Part shown: in pieces, positions 1 through 9,773 of the stretch
Layout of the letters: each line of letters starts with the position of its first letter
Numbering within the stretch: position 1 is the first letter of the stretch
DNA from: Promethearchaeota archaeon
GTDB taxonomy: Archaea; Asgardarchaeota; Lokiarchaeia; Sigyniarchaeales; SOKP01
DNA: 42,627 nucleotides
Assembly: GCA_019057795.1 (NCBI GenBank)
Contig: JAHLWS010000055.1
Span: 1 to 42,627 of the forward strand
Direction: 5' to 3'
The notes under the pieces: generated by a model
The model's input: the letters and a program-made list of their open reading frames with translations, nothing else
The model's database searches: none
Told to the model about the DNA's origin: nothing
Translations under genes and position numbers: made by a program

Positions 1-18
1 ATTAGATGTTTAAATTAG

Positions 19-360
19 TCATTCATTAGACCATCCTGTTGCATTGTTATATGTAGCATACATTATTTCGGAATCTGTACCCCACACACCGTCAGTATAA
101 TCTTCCCATACTACATGAACTCTATCGCTACTATCAACAGCGATTGCGGCGTCATAACTTTTTCCATCGTTCCAGTAAGTACCATCATAACCGTCTGAAA
201 TTACAGTGGCGTTAGAAAAATCCACCGCACTTGATTTAAGATAGTAATAATCATAAGTACTAGAAGAAGCTGTTATATGGTTCAAAGTACTAAATAAAAG
301 CCCACAGAAGAAGAATTGCAGTATTATAAAATATATTATCAAAGATTTTTTTTTCAGCAT
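19..360 (-). CDS. Secreted protein with a single beta-propeller/BNR-like repeat unit; probably truncated
   Basis: N-terminal basic plus hydrophobic signal-like segment, then SNATVISDG...IAVDSSDRVHVVWED...EIMYA...GWSN; the ORF stops just where a second repeat (WSN) would begin. Confidence 0.55.
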   Translation of the reverse strand: MLKKKSLIIYFIILQFFFCGLLFSTLNHITASSSTYDYYYLKSSAVDFSNATVISDGYDGTYWNDGKSYDAAIAVDSSDRVHVVWEDYTDGVWGTDSEIMYATYNNATGWSNE

Positions 361-708
361 TTTTTTAACTTTTCAAGAAAAAATTGGATAATAATAAAAT
401 TGTCATATTCATATTTAATTATTGATACTCTACGAGACTTATCTTAAAAAACAATTAAGTTTAAAGAATAAAAAATGATTAAATAACGCTATTGATTGCT
501 GGAGCTATTGGCGCCCTATTTTTTAACAGTAAATAGAAAAAACAATCAGACTTAAGATAAAGTGTGCCCATGGGAGATATCTATTCATTGATATTTAGTT
601 ATAAAACTACTCTCATAGATACACTATAATGGGCACAAGAACTATAAGTAACTATAATTTTTATAGTTTTAAATTAAAATACAAAAACTCAGTATGTAAC
701 AATACAGT

Positions 709-1356
709 TTAGATAGATTCAGAGTGTTTCTTCAACATATCTGCGTTTGTCTTACCCATTCTGATAGCTAATTCCGCAATAATTGCATCTAAGTATACAA
801 ATGCGGCAATCTCGAACATTGTACCTTCGGGAGTTAGAATAGCAGTGTCGTCGTGAAGATCGACTTTATCCCTTTTAGTTCTTCCCTTTAATTTTATAGT
901 AATATCCCCAATTCGCCCTATTATTGTTTCAGGATGAGATGTAATACTTATAATCCCGTGCGGTTTAACTGTATTTACGTAATTTTTAAGTAAACTTACA
1001 ACAATCGAAGTTGTACCTGACCCTGAAAGAACAATTAAAATATCCTCCTTCGAAAGAGCAGGTATAGAACCTAAATTGGTAACCATATAAACTTCTGCTC
1101 CAAGATGCACTAATCTAGTGGCAAAGCATTGTAAAATGAAAGCTGAACGCCCACTTGCTAATAAGAAAAATTTTCGCTTTTGTATTAATCCATCAAATAC
1201 TAAATCTATAAATTTTTGAGTGTGCGAGAAATATTTGGCTTTACTCAAATGTTCCATGTTGGATTTAAGGTTTCCCAGTATCACATCCATAGATTGAAAG
1301 AGTATCTGTCTTTCTTTTCCATTTAGCCTTTGTTCGATATTAACTTTATCAGCCAT
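709..1356 (-). CDS. hxlB: 6-phospho-3-hexuloisomerase (SIS domain)
   Basis: SGRS, RLVHLG, DILIVLSGSGTT, ITSHPET, PEGTMFE...DAIIAEL and terminal H motif typical of PHI/HxlB. Confidence 0.85.
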   Translation of the reverse strand: MADKVNIEQRLNGKERQILFQSMDVILGNLKSNMEHLSKAKYFSHTQKFIDLVFDGLIQKRKFFLLASGRSAFILQCFATRLVHLGAEVYMVTNLGSIPALSKEDILIVLSGSGTTSIVVSLLKNYVNTVKPHGIISITSHPETIIGRIGDITIKLKGRTKRDKVDLHDDTAILTPEGTMFEIAAFVYLDAIIAELAIRMGKTNADMLKKHSESI

Positions 1357-1579
1357 ATCTAATCAAAAATAACATTATTAGAGATATATATTAAATAAGT
1401 TAAGATTTAAAAAATACATTTCGGTTAATATTAATTTTAAGCTAAATATTTTAAACCCCATCTATCAAGGGATTAATTCTATAACTATACAGAAATTTAA
1501 TTAAATATGTCAAATTAACGCTTTAAATAATAAAAAAAAGAAAAAAAATAATATTAGAACTTATACCAAGAAAGTTTCT

Positions 1580-1798
1580 CTATTTGTACTTAATTGAAAG
1601 TAAGAGGTCATTCTTAGTAATTTTCTTTCGGTTAGCATGCATGGTAAAGGCTCGAGCTTGTTCAGTTAAGCCAATAGCAGTTTTTTCAAGATGATCGATT
1701 AATAAATCGACTGCGTTGCGAGCAACAATGCTGGCACCCTGTTGTTTCATAAGCCGTCTGATGGGAGACCACGCAAAGCTATGTTTCTTTTTAGCCAT
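1580..1798 (-). CDS. Archaeal histone (HMf-like histone fold)
   Basis: 72 aa, PIRRLMK...GA..VA..AV...HANRKKIT..D histone-fold pattern; GGAGG RBS upstream. Confidence 0.93.
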   Translation of the reverse strand: MAKKKHSFAWSPIRRLMKQQGASIVARNAVDLLIDHLEKTAIGLTEQARAFTMHANRKKITKNDLLLSIKYK

Positions 1799-1993
1799 TT
1801 TTTATTCCTCCACTATTGAAATTTTTAAATGTTTAATTTTTAATTTTTTTTGAATTTATAATTAAAGTTTCTTAGATAGTAATATATCCGAAGAGTTATT
1901 TAAATCTTTTGCCTAAATGTGAAGAACTTCAAGAATTAAATGCATAAAAAATCACGACAAAAAATTTTGGTTGTAATTTAATGGTCAATTTGT

Positions 1994-2016
1994 ATGATCA
2001 TCCAATGGTTGATCAT
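1994..2016. promoter_or_regulatory. Near-perfect palindrome in the histone/psmB divergent intergenic region; possible transcription-factor site
   Basis: ATGATCA-T-CCA-A-TGG-T-TGATCAT dyad with one mismatched pair. Confidence 0.3.
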
Positions 2017-2421
2017 TCGAAAAATTTGAATCCACTTTTTTAGAATCAAAATAATTCAAATATCAAAATAGAATAAACCTCGTTTTATATTGGTTTTATT
2101 ATCATTTAATGAGGTAGTAAAAAATTTTGAATTGAAAAACATCATCCCCAATGAATATTATTTTATCGATTGTACGATCATAATTATTAAGTCATAATTG
2201 ACCTAAGTAATAAAAATTAGTTTCAATCTAGAGATCTTATAACTAAATCAAATATTAAAAATAATAACTTTAATTCTTGGATAATAAATTTTAATTTTTT
2301 GGAGATTTCAACAGAAAGTTATAATTTAAAACGAAAATTTTAATTAATTCTGACTTTTTTAATAGTATTAACAATAACAATTTATTATTTCTTAAAATTA
2401 GTTTTTGAAAGGTAAAATGAT

Positions 2422-3039
2422 ATGTCTCAACAAATAATGGTACCCGGCGCAACGGCAGTAGCTATCAAGTGTAAAGATGGTGTAGTGTTAGGAAACGATC
2501 GCAGGGCAACATGGGGTTATACTGTAATAAATAAATCCACAAAAAAATTATTTAAGATTACAGATTATATTGGCTTGGCAGCTTATGGCTTAATAGGTGA
2601 TTTTCAATTTGTCGTGAGGGTGATAAAAGCTCAAAGCGTGTTATATGAATTAGATGCTCACGATAGAATTAACACAAAAAGCGTAGCGAAAATGCTTTCT
2701 AATATGTTGTATTCTCGAAAAATGGCTCCTTTTTATACAAATTTAATCATTGCGGGAGTAGATCAAGATGGGCCAAAATTGTACACGTTAGACGCGCTTG
2801 GCTCGTTGATTCCAGAGGATTATGGTGCAACAGGATCAGGTATGCTCCTTTCTATGGGGATTTTGGAAGCAGAATATAAACCAGACATGACTATCGAAGA
2901 TGGCGTAAAGCTCGTTGAAAAGGTGATAAGAAATTCAATTAAGAGAGATGTAATGAGTGGTAATGGCATTGATTTACTAGTAATTACCCAAGATGGTACT
3001 AAAGAAAAATTCATTGAGATAAAGGAATTAGGGGAATAA
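2422..3039 (+). CDS. psmB: 20S proteasome beta subunit, probably the non-catalytic type
   Basis: GATAVAIKCKDGVVLGNDRR, GSG, RDVMSGNGID Ntn-hydrolase motifs; Ala at the Thr1 position. Confidence 0.93.
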   Translation: MSQQIMVPGATAVAIKCKDGVVLGNDRRATWGYTVINKSTKKLFKITDYIGLAAYGLIGDFQFVVRVIKAQSVLYELDAHDRINTKSVAKMLSNMLYSRKMAPFYTNLIIAGVDQDGPKLYTLDALGSLIPEDYGATGSGMLLSMGILEAEYKPDMTIEDGVKLVEKVIRNSIKRDVMSGNGIDLLVITQDGTKEKFIEIKELGE

Positions 3040-3145
3040 AAAGGAGTTTTTTTAAAAGTTATTTCTCTCTTATTATTCTAAAAAATTTTATTAAATGATA
3101 TATTTTTTTACTTGTTAGTTAATCTAATTATTTTGGTGTTTTTCT

Positions 3146-5182
3146 TTGCGTTTATTTGGTAACACATTTGAAGGTTATAGAGAAATAAAAGGATATAATA
3201 AAGAAGAGATTTTAAGTATTAAAAATTCTATTTCTAGCCTTAAATCGGATAAAACAAAATCACAAGAGATGGAAGATTTCCTTAAATCTGAATTTAAGCT
3301 TGAGGTTCTCAACTCTTTCACAGAATATTTTAATGAAATTAAACTTTTTTGCGAGAATTATTTATTCTCTCAAACAAAAAAGGATTATTATTCTTTAAAA
3401 ACAGTAATTATTGACGAGTTAAAACAAATCTCTAGCAATTTAGCAAACTTAAGCTCAAATGGTAGAAATGTGAAGCGATTCGTAAAGAATGGAAGACACA
3501 TTGAAAATTACTTAACAATTTGTAAGGAGTCTAGTAATAACCTTGACGATTTTATCCTTCGTTTAGAGGATTTTTCAGAAAAAATAGAGCACGATTACGA
3601 AAACGATATATCGTTATGGATTGAAGCAAATAAAATAAAAAACCTATCTTTTAAATTAAACCTTATTCCAGATGATTTGAATAATTGGAAAGAAATACAG
3701 GAGCTCACCATCTATATACAAAGTTTAGTTAAGGCCAAAGCAACAAAAAAAATAAAATCTCGAAAAGGAACTTTATTAACATTTCATTTCGATGAGCTTT
3801 ACCAGTTTTTTTTAAGTAAATCAGATGGAAAAATAGATTCTTACGGTGATCTAATTTATTTTTTATATCAAAATAAGATGTTCGAAGAATTTGAAGGAGA
3901 AGAATTTGTAAACATCATTGAAAGGAAAGAGTCAGTGCAAAGATTAAGAGAAAAAATGCGTCCAATTGTAATTTCATTAATGAAAGATAAATTAAAAGAA
4001 AATTTGCAAGAACTTGAAGATTTAGATAAGCAATACGATTTAACTGGACATGGACAGGGTAAACTAGATTTAAACCGCGTTATGGAGCAAAAATTCAGCG
4101 AATTTCTCCCTAAAGTAGTTGATTTATATTTTAAGGGTATAGATAAGAAATTTCAAGGGGCGATAGATGATGTAAGTGACTCCGAGGAATTTGTAAAAAT
4201 TGTGAATTCAAACTACGAGAAAGTTGATGATTTTGCGTTAAAAATAGACGAAATTGACACATGGATATTAACTTTTGATAAAATTTTAAAACCTTATGAG
4301 AGTATTACAGCTACTTTAAAAAAAACCTTGGCAAATATTATATCTGAGATTATTCGACGCAAGGAGGAATTTATAAATTATCTTAATAGTATTAAAGATG
4401 AGGGCTTACGAGTAGAAGTCAGAAGTTTTGTTGACGAAAAGATTGCTGAAGTGAATAAATTAATTAATTCATACGAAGATAAGACATCTGTTATCATTAG
4501 AGAAGAATTACCGCAATTAAGAGAAATAAAAGACTTATTAATTAATTATAAAGTAAAAATTGAACAAATCAAAGAAGAAGTTTACATTAAATTGGATACT
4601 TACAAGGAAAGCAAAATAGATATATATTCAATCATCAAATATTGGGAAGATAATTTTAATCGTAAGAAACAACAGCTCACTTTCTTATTAACAGTTTTGA
4701 TGAATAAGATTTTTAAAAGTTTTAAGGATTTAATTGATAAAGAATCAATTTTATTTGCTGAAATTACTGAAATCACTAAACAAACCGAGAATTTCGAAGG
4801 ATTACCTTTAAATTTTGCTTTATCATCTTTTTTAGCAAATAAATTATCTGAAGATGAACTTAGAGAAAGGATTTCCGAAATTAATTCAAAAATTAATCAA
4901 TTGACAACTAGTCTTGGACTTTTTGAGCTTGAACGCTCAAAAATTGAAGAAATACTATCTACTAAAGTTAAAATAAGAGAGGGTGTATCAGTATCCAATG
5001 TTCAATGTACTGTGTGTCATAAACACATAAATTTTGCCAAAGATAAATTAATTACATGCCCTTTCTGTGGGTCTACTTATCATTATCTATGTGTTGCTGA
5101 TTGGCTTGCGAGATATAATTCATGTCCTATGTGCCAGAACACTTTTTTAGACCCTAATATAGGATTATTTGAAGGCGAATAG
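3146..5182 (+). CDS. Long helical/coiled-coil protein with C-terminal RING-variant finger (putative E3 ligase)
   Basis: C-terminal CTVC-x13-CPFC-x4-H-x2-C-x3-W-x6-CPMC; extensive heptad-rich helical region; TTG start uncertain. Confidence 0.75.
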   Translation: MRLFGNTFEGYREIKGYNKEEILSIKNSISSLKSDKTKSQEMEDFLKSEFKLEVLNSFTEYFNEIKLFCENYLFSQTKKDYYSLKTVIIDELKQISSNLANLSSNGRNVKRFVKNGRHIENYLTICKESSNNLDDFILRLEDFSEKIEHDYENDISLWIEANKIKNLSFKLNLIPDDLNNWKEIQELTIYIQSLVKAKATKKIKSRKGTLLTFHFDELYQFFLSKSDGKIDSYGDLIYFLYQNKMFEEFEGEEFVNIIERKESVQRLREKMRPIVISLMKDKLKENLQELEDLDKQYDLTGHGQGKLDLNRVMEQKFSEFLPKVVDLYFKGIDKKFQGAIDDVSDSEEFVKIVNSNYEKVDDFALKIDEIDTWILTFDKILKPYESITATLKKTLANIISEIIRRKEEFINYLNSIKDEGLRVEVRSFVDEKIAEVNKLINSYEDKTSVIIREELPQLREIKDLLINYKVKIEQIKEEVYIKLDTYKESKIDIYSIIKYWEDNFNRKKQQLTFLLTVLMNKIFKSFKDLIDKESILFAEITEITKQTENFEGLPLNFALSSFLANKLSEDELRERISEINSKINQLTTSLGLFELERSKIEEILSTKVKIREGVSVSNVQCTVCHKHINFAKDKLITCPFCGSTYHYLCVADWLARYNSCPMCQNTFLDPNIGLFEGE

Positions 5183-5268
5183 TATTATATTATTCTAATT
5201 CTTTTCAAGTTTCTTTCTAAGAAATCATTAAAAACCTGCACTAAAATTTGATAATAGCAAAAAAGAGG

Positions 5269-6132
5269 TTAGACTTTAAGCTCTTTAAATAAATCATTCA
5301 TGAATAAACGAATTTGCTTGTTAGAAGAGGGATCGTTATTAAAATTGGAATACAAGTAATTACCCAAATAATTTTTTATTTGGAATTCAAAATCTTCAAA
5401 TTTAATGAACTCGTACCCTTCTTCAAGTTGTTTTTTGCTAATTAAAGGCTTTATATGTTTTTTAATCAAGAATAAAACGAAATCAACGAGGATATTATCT
5501 ATATTTTCCTCATCGTCACCCGAAAGTTCGTAATCTCCTTTAACAATCCCGTCTTTGATGTTATTTAATTGTATTAATGAGATTTCGATGTCTTTTGGAA
5601 GCTTTAACCTTTTTATTTTATTCGACATGTTTTTATCGTTTCCCATTCCTGACTGGGAAAAATAATTCTCTAAATTGGCAAAAAAACGCACAAGAAACTT
5701 AAAATTGTCGTCAATGGCGTATAAATTTTCCCAGACTTCGAAATTTAAATTTTTTAACTCGGTATCGATCTTGCTTTTAACTTTCCCAGTTATTTCTTTT
5801 AGGTGTTGTGAATAATCTCCGTAAGGGAATCCAAAGTAATAACTGTTATATTTTTCTCTAACTTCTTTTGATTCTTTATTTTTAGAAATTATCTTTTCTT
5901 TTCTAACAATTTCTTTTACAAATTTTAAAATGTAATTACATGAAGTGCAATAAGTTATCCAGGTACTTAGAATAACTTCTGGGGGTTTTACTGTTCTGGA
6001 ACTTATATATCCATTAAAGCCTGATAATTTCTTTCCATCGTGCGTAGAAAAAATAGATTCTTCAGGGTAAAATGTTCTGGGAATAAACTTAATCCCGCAA
6101 ACGGGGCAACTAATCATTTGTTTTTCGTTCAT
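5269..6132 (-). CDS. Hypothetical protein with N-terminal Zn ribbon
   Basis: CPVC ... CTSC pairs in a 287-aa ORF with native codon style. Confidence 0.6.
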   Translation of the reverse strand: MNEKQMISCPVCGIKFIPRTFYPEESIFSTHDGKKLSGFNGYISSRTVKPPEVILSTWITYCTSCNYILKFVKEIVRKEKIISKNKESKEVREKYNSYYFGFPYGDYSQHLKEITGKVKSKIDTELKNLNFEVWENLYAIDDNFKFLVRFFANLENYFSQSGMGNDKNMSNKIKRLKLPKDIEISLIQLNNIKDGIVKGDYELSGDDEENIDNILVDFVLFLIKKHIKPLISKKQLEEGYEFIKFEDFEFQIKNYLGNYLYSNFNNDPSSNKQIRLFMNDLFKELKV

Positions 6133-6396
6133 AATTCATCTGGTGGTGGTTATTATCCTATTTAATTAAATAATCAAAAAATCATTTCAATTGAAATAAC
6201 AAGATTCTTGAAATTGTTTAAAACAAAATTATTTTTACTCTTAATCCGATAAATTTCGAAATTTACATTCGTATTTGTAAGAAGATTGTTGGTATTTATT
6301 ATATATATATGAGTGATATTAGGATATCTCTACATTTAATATGTCTGATACTGAAAGTGCCTAATGCTATTACTTTAAACTTAAAAGAAGTCAAAT

Positions 6397-7056
6397 TTAA
6401 ATTGATGGTGGATTGAAAATTATATTAAAAAATAAATAAATACCAAAAATGATCATGAACGCACCGCAAACGAGCAAAATATATTTATAGACTTTAGGAT
6501 TTAAAGATTTCCCTCCATAATAGACGAAGGTAGAGATAGGCAGGTACCAAATCATATCTCCGAACTCGTGACCTATAAAAAACAATAATATGCCAAGTGG
6601 ATTTGCAAAGGAGATGTTGAAATTTACCATAAAACCTAAGCCGATAACTGCCCACCAAAACGTCCAAAATGGGTTTGATAAACTAACGACGATTCCTCCA
6701 ATAAAGCTATTCCCTTTAAAGCCCTTTACTTTGTCCTTCTCGAAAGTGAAAGTCGAATCAAAATTAGTTTTTGATACATCTCTTATAACAACTACTCCGA
6801 AAACTACTAAAAAAAACCCTCCAATAGTTCCTACTAACATTAGAAAAACGATATTATGAAAAAAGAAGGCCGTTCCAGCAAGTAAAGCAATGATTAGCAC
6901 GAATTCGATTGTAGCATGGCCCAAAACAATATAAATACCCGCTAAATAACCCCTTTTTTGCTTAAGCGACCTATAAATAGTAAATGTCAAAAGGGGTCCT
7001 GGAGCTAGGGCTCCAGTTAACGCTATTAAAAACGAAAAGACGAGAATTTCTATCAT
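6397..7056 (-). CDS. LysE-family transporter
   Basis: GALAPGPL, GHATIE, SLSNPFWTFWW motifs and about 6 TM helices; start moved to the ATG at 7056 to avoid overlap with the upstream gene. Confidence 0.88.
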   Translation of the reverse strand: MIEILVFSFLIALTGALAPGPLLTFTIYRSLKQKRGYLAGIYIVLGHATIEFVLIIALLAGTAFFFHNIVFLMLVGTIGGFFLVVFGVVVIRDVSKTNFDSTFTFEKDKVKGFKGNSFIGGIVVSLSNPFWTFWWAVIGLGFMVNFNISFANPLGILLFFIGHEFGDMIWYLPISTFVYYGGKSLNPKVYKYILLVCGAFMIIFGIYLFFNIIFNPPSI

Positions 7057-7081
7057 ATGAATGGATAAATCAATATTAAAT

Positions 7082-7675
7082 TTAGTCCGGCAAGAATTGA
7101 GTGAGATAATACATAATAAGGACAAAGACAATCAAGATAGGTATCATAAATACTAAGAACATGAAGGAGCCCTTAATCATCTCTCTACGGAATGATTTTA
7201 GACCTTTATCCCAATCTCTTTTCGTTTGCTTTTGCCAACTTTTTACATCTTGGTTAATTTTCTGTTTTCTCGCTTCCCATTGTTCCTTAGTCTCGATTTG
7301 TCTTTTCTCTAAATCAGTTGTCCATTCTTTTATTTTATTATCCCAAGTTTCTTGAGTAGTTTTGAAAAACGCGTTAATCTTTCCTAAGTTGTTATCCCAC
7401 AATTCTTTGTTATCTTTGTGAGTTTTTTTAAATTCAGTGCCCCACTCTGTTATTGTAGCATCCCAATTTTCCTTGGCATCGTTAAGGAATTTATTAATCT
7501 TTTCTTGATTTTGATTCCATGACTCAGTATTTTCACTAGTGATTTCTTCAATACTTTTTTGGAATTTATTGTATCCTTCTGTAATGCTAGAAACAAAATC
7601 ATTCCAACCCTTAGATAATAAGTTCTCTTTTGGTTTGATCTCGTCAATATCTTCTTTTTTTTCGTTTTCAGACAT
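7082..7675 (-). CDS. Tail-anchored amphipathic-helix protein with periodic Trp repeats
   Basis: Regularly spaced Trp/Phe in a charged helix, single C-terminal hydrophobic segment. Confidence 0.65.
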   Translation of the reverse strand: MSENEKKEDIDEIKPKENLLSKGWNDFVSSITEGYNKFQKSIEEITSENTESWNQNQEKINKFLNDAKENWDATITEWGTEFKKTHKDNKELWDNNLGKINAFFKTTQETWDNKIKEWTTDLEKRQIETKEQWEARKQKINQDVKSWQKQTKRDWDKGLKSFRREMIKGSFMFLVFMIPILIVFVLIMYYLTQFLPD

Positions 7676-7792
7676 TTTTTATTAATATTCCTCAAATTTT
7701 TTTCTTTATTTATATTAGGTTATATATCTTTTTTATATTTAAATTTAGTATTAAGGTTTTTAATTTCCTATTAAATTCAAAAATTAAAAAAA

Positions 7793-8152
7793 TTAAATGA
7801 ATGGAGATAAAAACCAACCTAATATAAGTCCTACGCCTACCAATATAAAATAAAACAAGATAAATATACCAAATACAAACCAACTAGAAAATCTAAGAGA
7901 AGCCATAAAATCTAACTCATAAAACTTTGATATTAAAAATGCGCCTATAATTGAACTAATGAAATATGAAATTATCGTATCAAAAGGAAATACTACAAAA
8001 TAATCCATTAGAACTAAAATTATAAGCATGATTAAAATAATTGGAAAAGAATAAAAAAAGGGTTTATTTAATTCTTTTTTCTTTGCCCAAAACATTAGCA
8101 ATATTGACCCCATCAAGAAAAAAATAAAGTATCCAATTATATTGGAAATCAT
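7793..8152 (-). CDS. Small integral membrane protein (about 4 TM)
   Basis: Almost entirely hydrophobic 119-aa ORF; GGTGA RBS upstream. Confidence 0.6.
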   Translation of the reverse strand: MISNIIGYFIFFLMGSILLMFWAKKKELNKPFFYSFPIILIMLIILVLMDYFVVFPFDTIISYFISSIIGAFLISKFYELDFMASLRFSSWFVFGIFILFYFILVGVGLILGWFLSPFI

Positions 8153-8268
8153 ATAATATCACCAAATAGAATAAAGATGTTAACACTATTTAATTGTATT
8201 GAGTAAATTTATGTCATTATAAAAATAGTAAGATGAATTTAAAACTTATATTCCATGAATAATTACAT

Positions 8269-9657
8269 TTGATAATCATGGAATTTAAAATTATTAAAAG
8301 AACTCCTCTCTATAAAGCTTTATCAGAGCTAGGAAAACGTATTTATCTACCTCAAGGCGTATTTTATTGGGCTGGTAGAGCAAAAAAGGAAGCAGAAATA
8401 ATGGGTACGCTTGGGTCAGCTTTCAGTTACGAAAAAGATTTTATTGAAGGAGGCACTTCTAAATGGGTTCCTTGTTATTTAGAAGATATTAAGAATTATA
8501 CTAAGCTTAATATAAATGAGATCGTACCATATCCTAAAATCTCTGGGCTTGAAGAGCTAAAAACAATCTGGAAGAATTGGATCATTGAAAAATCACTTAT
8601 CAATAAAACTATAGAAAAAGAAAGGTTAAATAGACTTGAAAATTATATTTCAACGCCAGTGGTAACTTCTGGTTTGACAAATGGAATATTTTTGTGCTGT
8701 AGTTTGCTCCTGAATTCAGGAGATTACATTATTTCTACAAATAAAAGATGGGGAAACTACGATAACATTATTGAGAACCTACTTGGTGCAAAAATTAAAT
8801 CTTTTGAATTTTTTATTAATAGTAAATTTAATGTTCAAGGATTAAAAGACGCTATTTACGAGGTTTCAAAAATTCAAGAAAAAATTGTTCTTATTTTAGG
8901 TTTTCCTAATAACCCTACGGGATATATTCCCAAAAAGGAAGAACTTGAGGAAATTATTAATGTTTTAAGGCTATCTCAAAAAGATATATCTAAACCTATT
9001 ATTGTACTTGTTGACGATGCTTACGAGCCATACATATATTCTAATAACGTAATAAATCGCTCAATTTTTTATGAATTACACGATTTAGAAGAGGATATAA
9101 TCCCTATTAAAATAGATGGTATAACTAAGGAATTTCTAATATACGGCGGACGCATTGGGTTTGTTACGATTGGATTAAAACCAAACTGGGTAAAAAGCGA
9201 AGAAGAGTTAGATATTTTAAAAACAGAGATTAATAACAAATTATCTGGTTTAATTAGAGCAACGATTTCAAATTCTAATCATTTTTATCAAAGCCTAATT
9301 ATAAATCTCTTTAAGGATGTCGGAATAGATGGTTTAATTAAAAAAAGAGATAAAGTAAAAGCTCTCCTTAAAGCAAGATACGAAAAAATTAATGCTGAAC
9401 TAAGAAAAATAAAAAACTCTGATATTTCAGTAGATCCAAACGCAGGAGGTTTCTTTGTTTTTGTAAATCTAAACCCTAAAAAATTTCGCGCAAACGATTT
9501 TGCTGATCACCTTTTGAAAAAATATAAAGTAGGTGTTATTCCCATAGAAAAACCAAATAATAACATTAACGGAATTCGTATTGCATATTGTTCTATTGAT
9601 CTTACACAGATTACTGAATTCGTTAACAGAATTAACCTTGCACTCGTAGATTATTAA
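8269..9657 (+). CDS. PLP-dependent aminotransferase class I/II
   Basis: WGNY, FPNNPTGY, DDAYEPY, KIDGITKE...GGRIGF (PLP lysine), IRIAY. Confidence 0.9.
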   Translation: MIIMEFKIIKRTPLYKALSELGKRIYLPQGVFYWAGRAKKEAEIMGTLGSAFSYEKDFIEGGTSKWVPCYLEDIKNYTKLNINEIVPYPKISGLEELKTIWKNWIIEKSLINKTIEKERLNRLENYISTPVVTSGLTNGIFLCCSLLLNSGDYIISTNKRWGNYDNIIENLLGAKIKSFEFFINSKFNVQGLKDAIYEVSKIQEKIVLILGFPNNPTGYIPKKEELEEIINVLRLSQKDISKPIIVLVDDAYEPYIYSNNVINRSIFYELHDLEEDIIPIKIDGITKEFLIYGGRIGFVTIGLKPNWVKSEEELDILKTEINNKLSGLIRATISNSNHFYQSLIINLFKDVGIDGLIKKRDKVKALLKARYEKINAELRKIKNSDISVDPNAGGFFVFVNLNPKKFRANDFADHLLKKYKVGVIPIEKPNNNINGIRIAYCSIDLTQITEFVNRINLALVDY

Positions 9658-9773
9658 TCGAACCCAGATGTTTTTTACATAATATATCACTTGACTTGAT
9701 TATTTTTGCAAGTAATTAAAAACATTGAATTTATACTTTTTTTATAATATAAAAAAATTTATTTGAGGTTTTT

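Noticed and set aside
563-637. Possible eukaryote-like SECIS element (ATGA...TGA hairpin on the minus strand)
   Set aside because: Spacing between the GA elements is short, there is no clear apical AAA, and the upstream gene ends in TAA with no in-frame TGA
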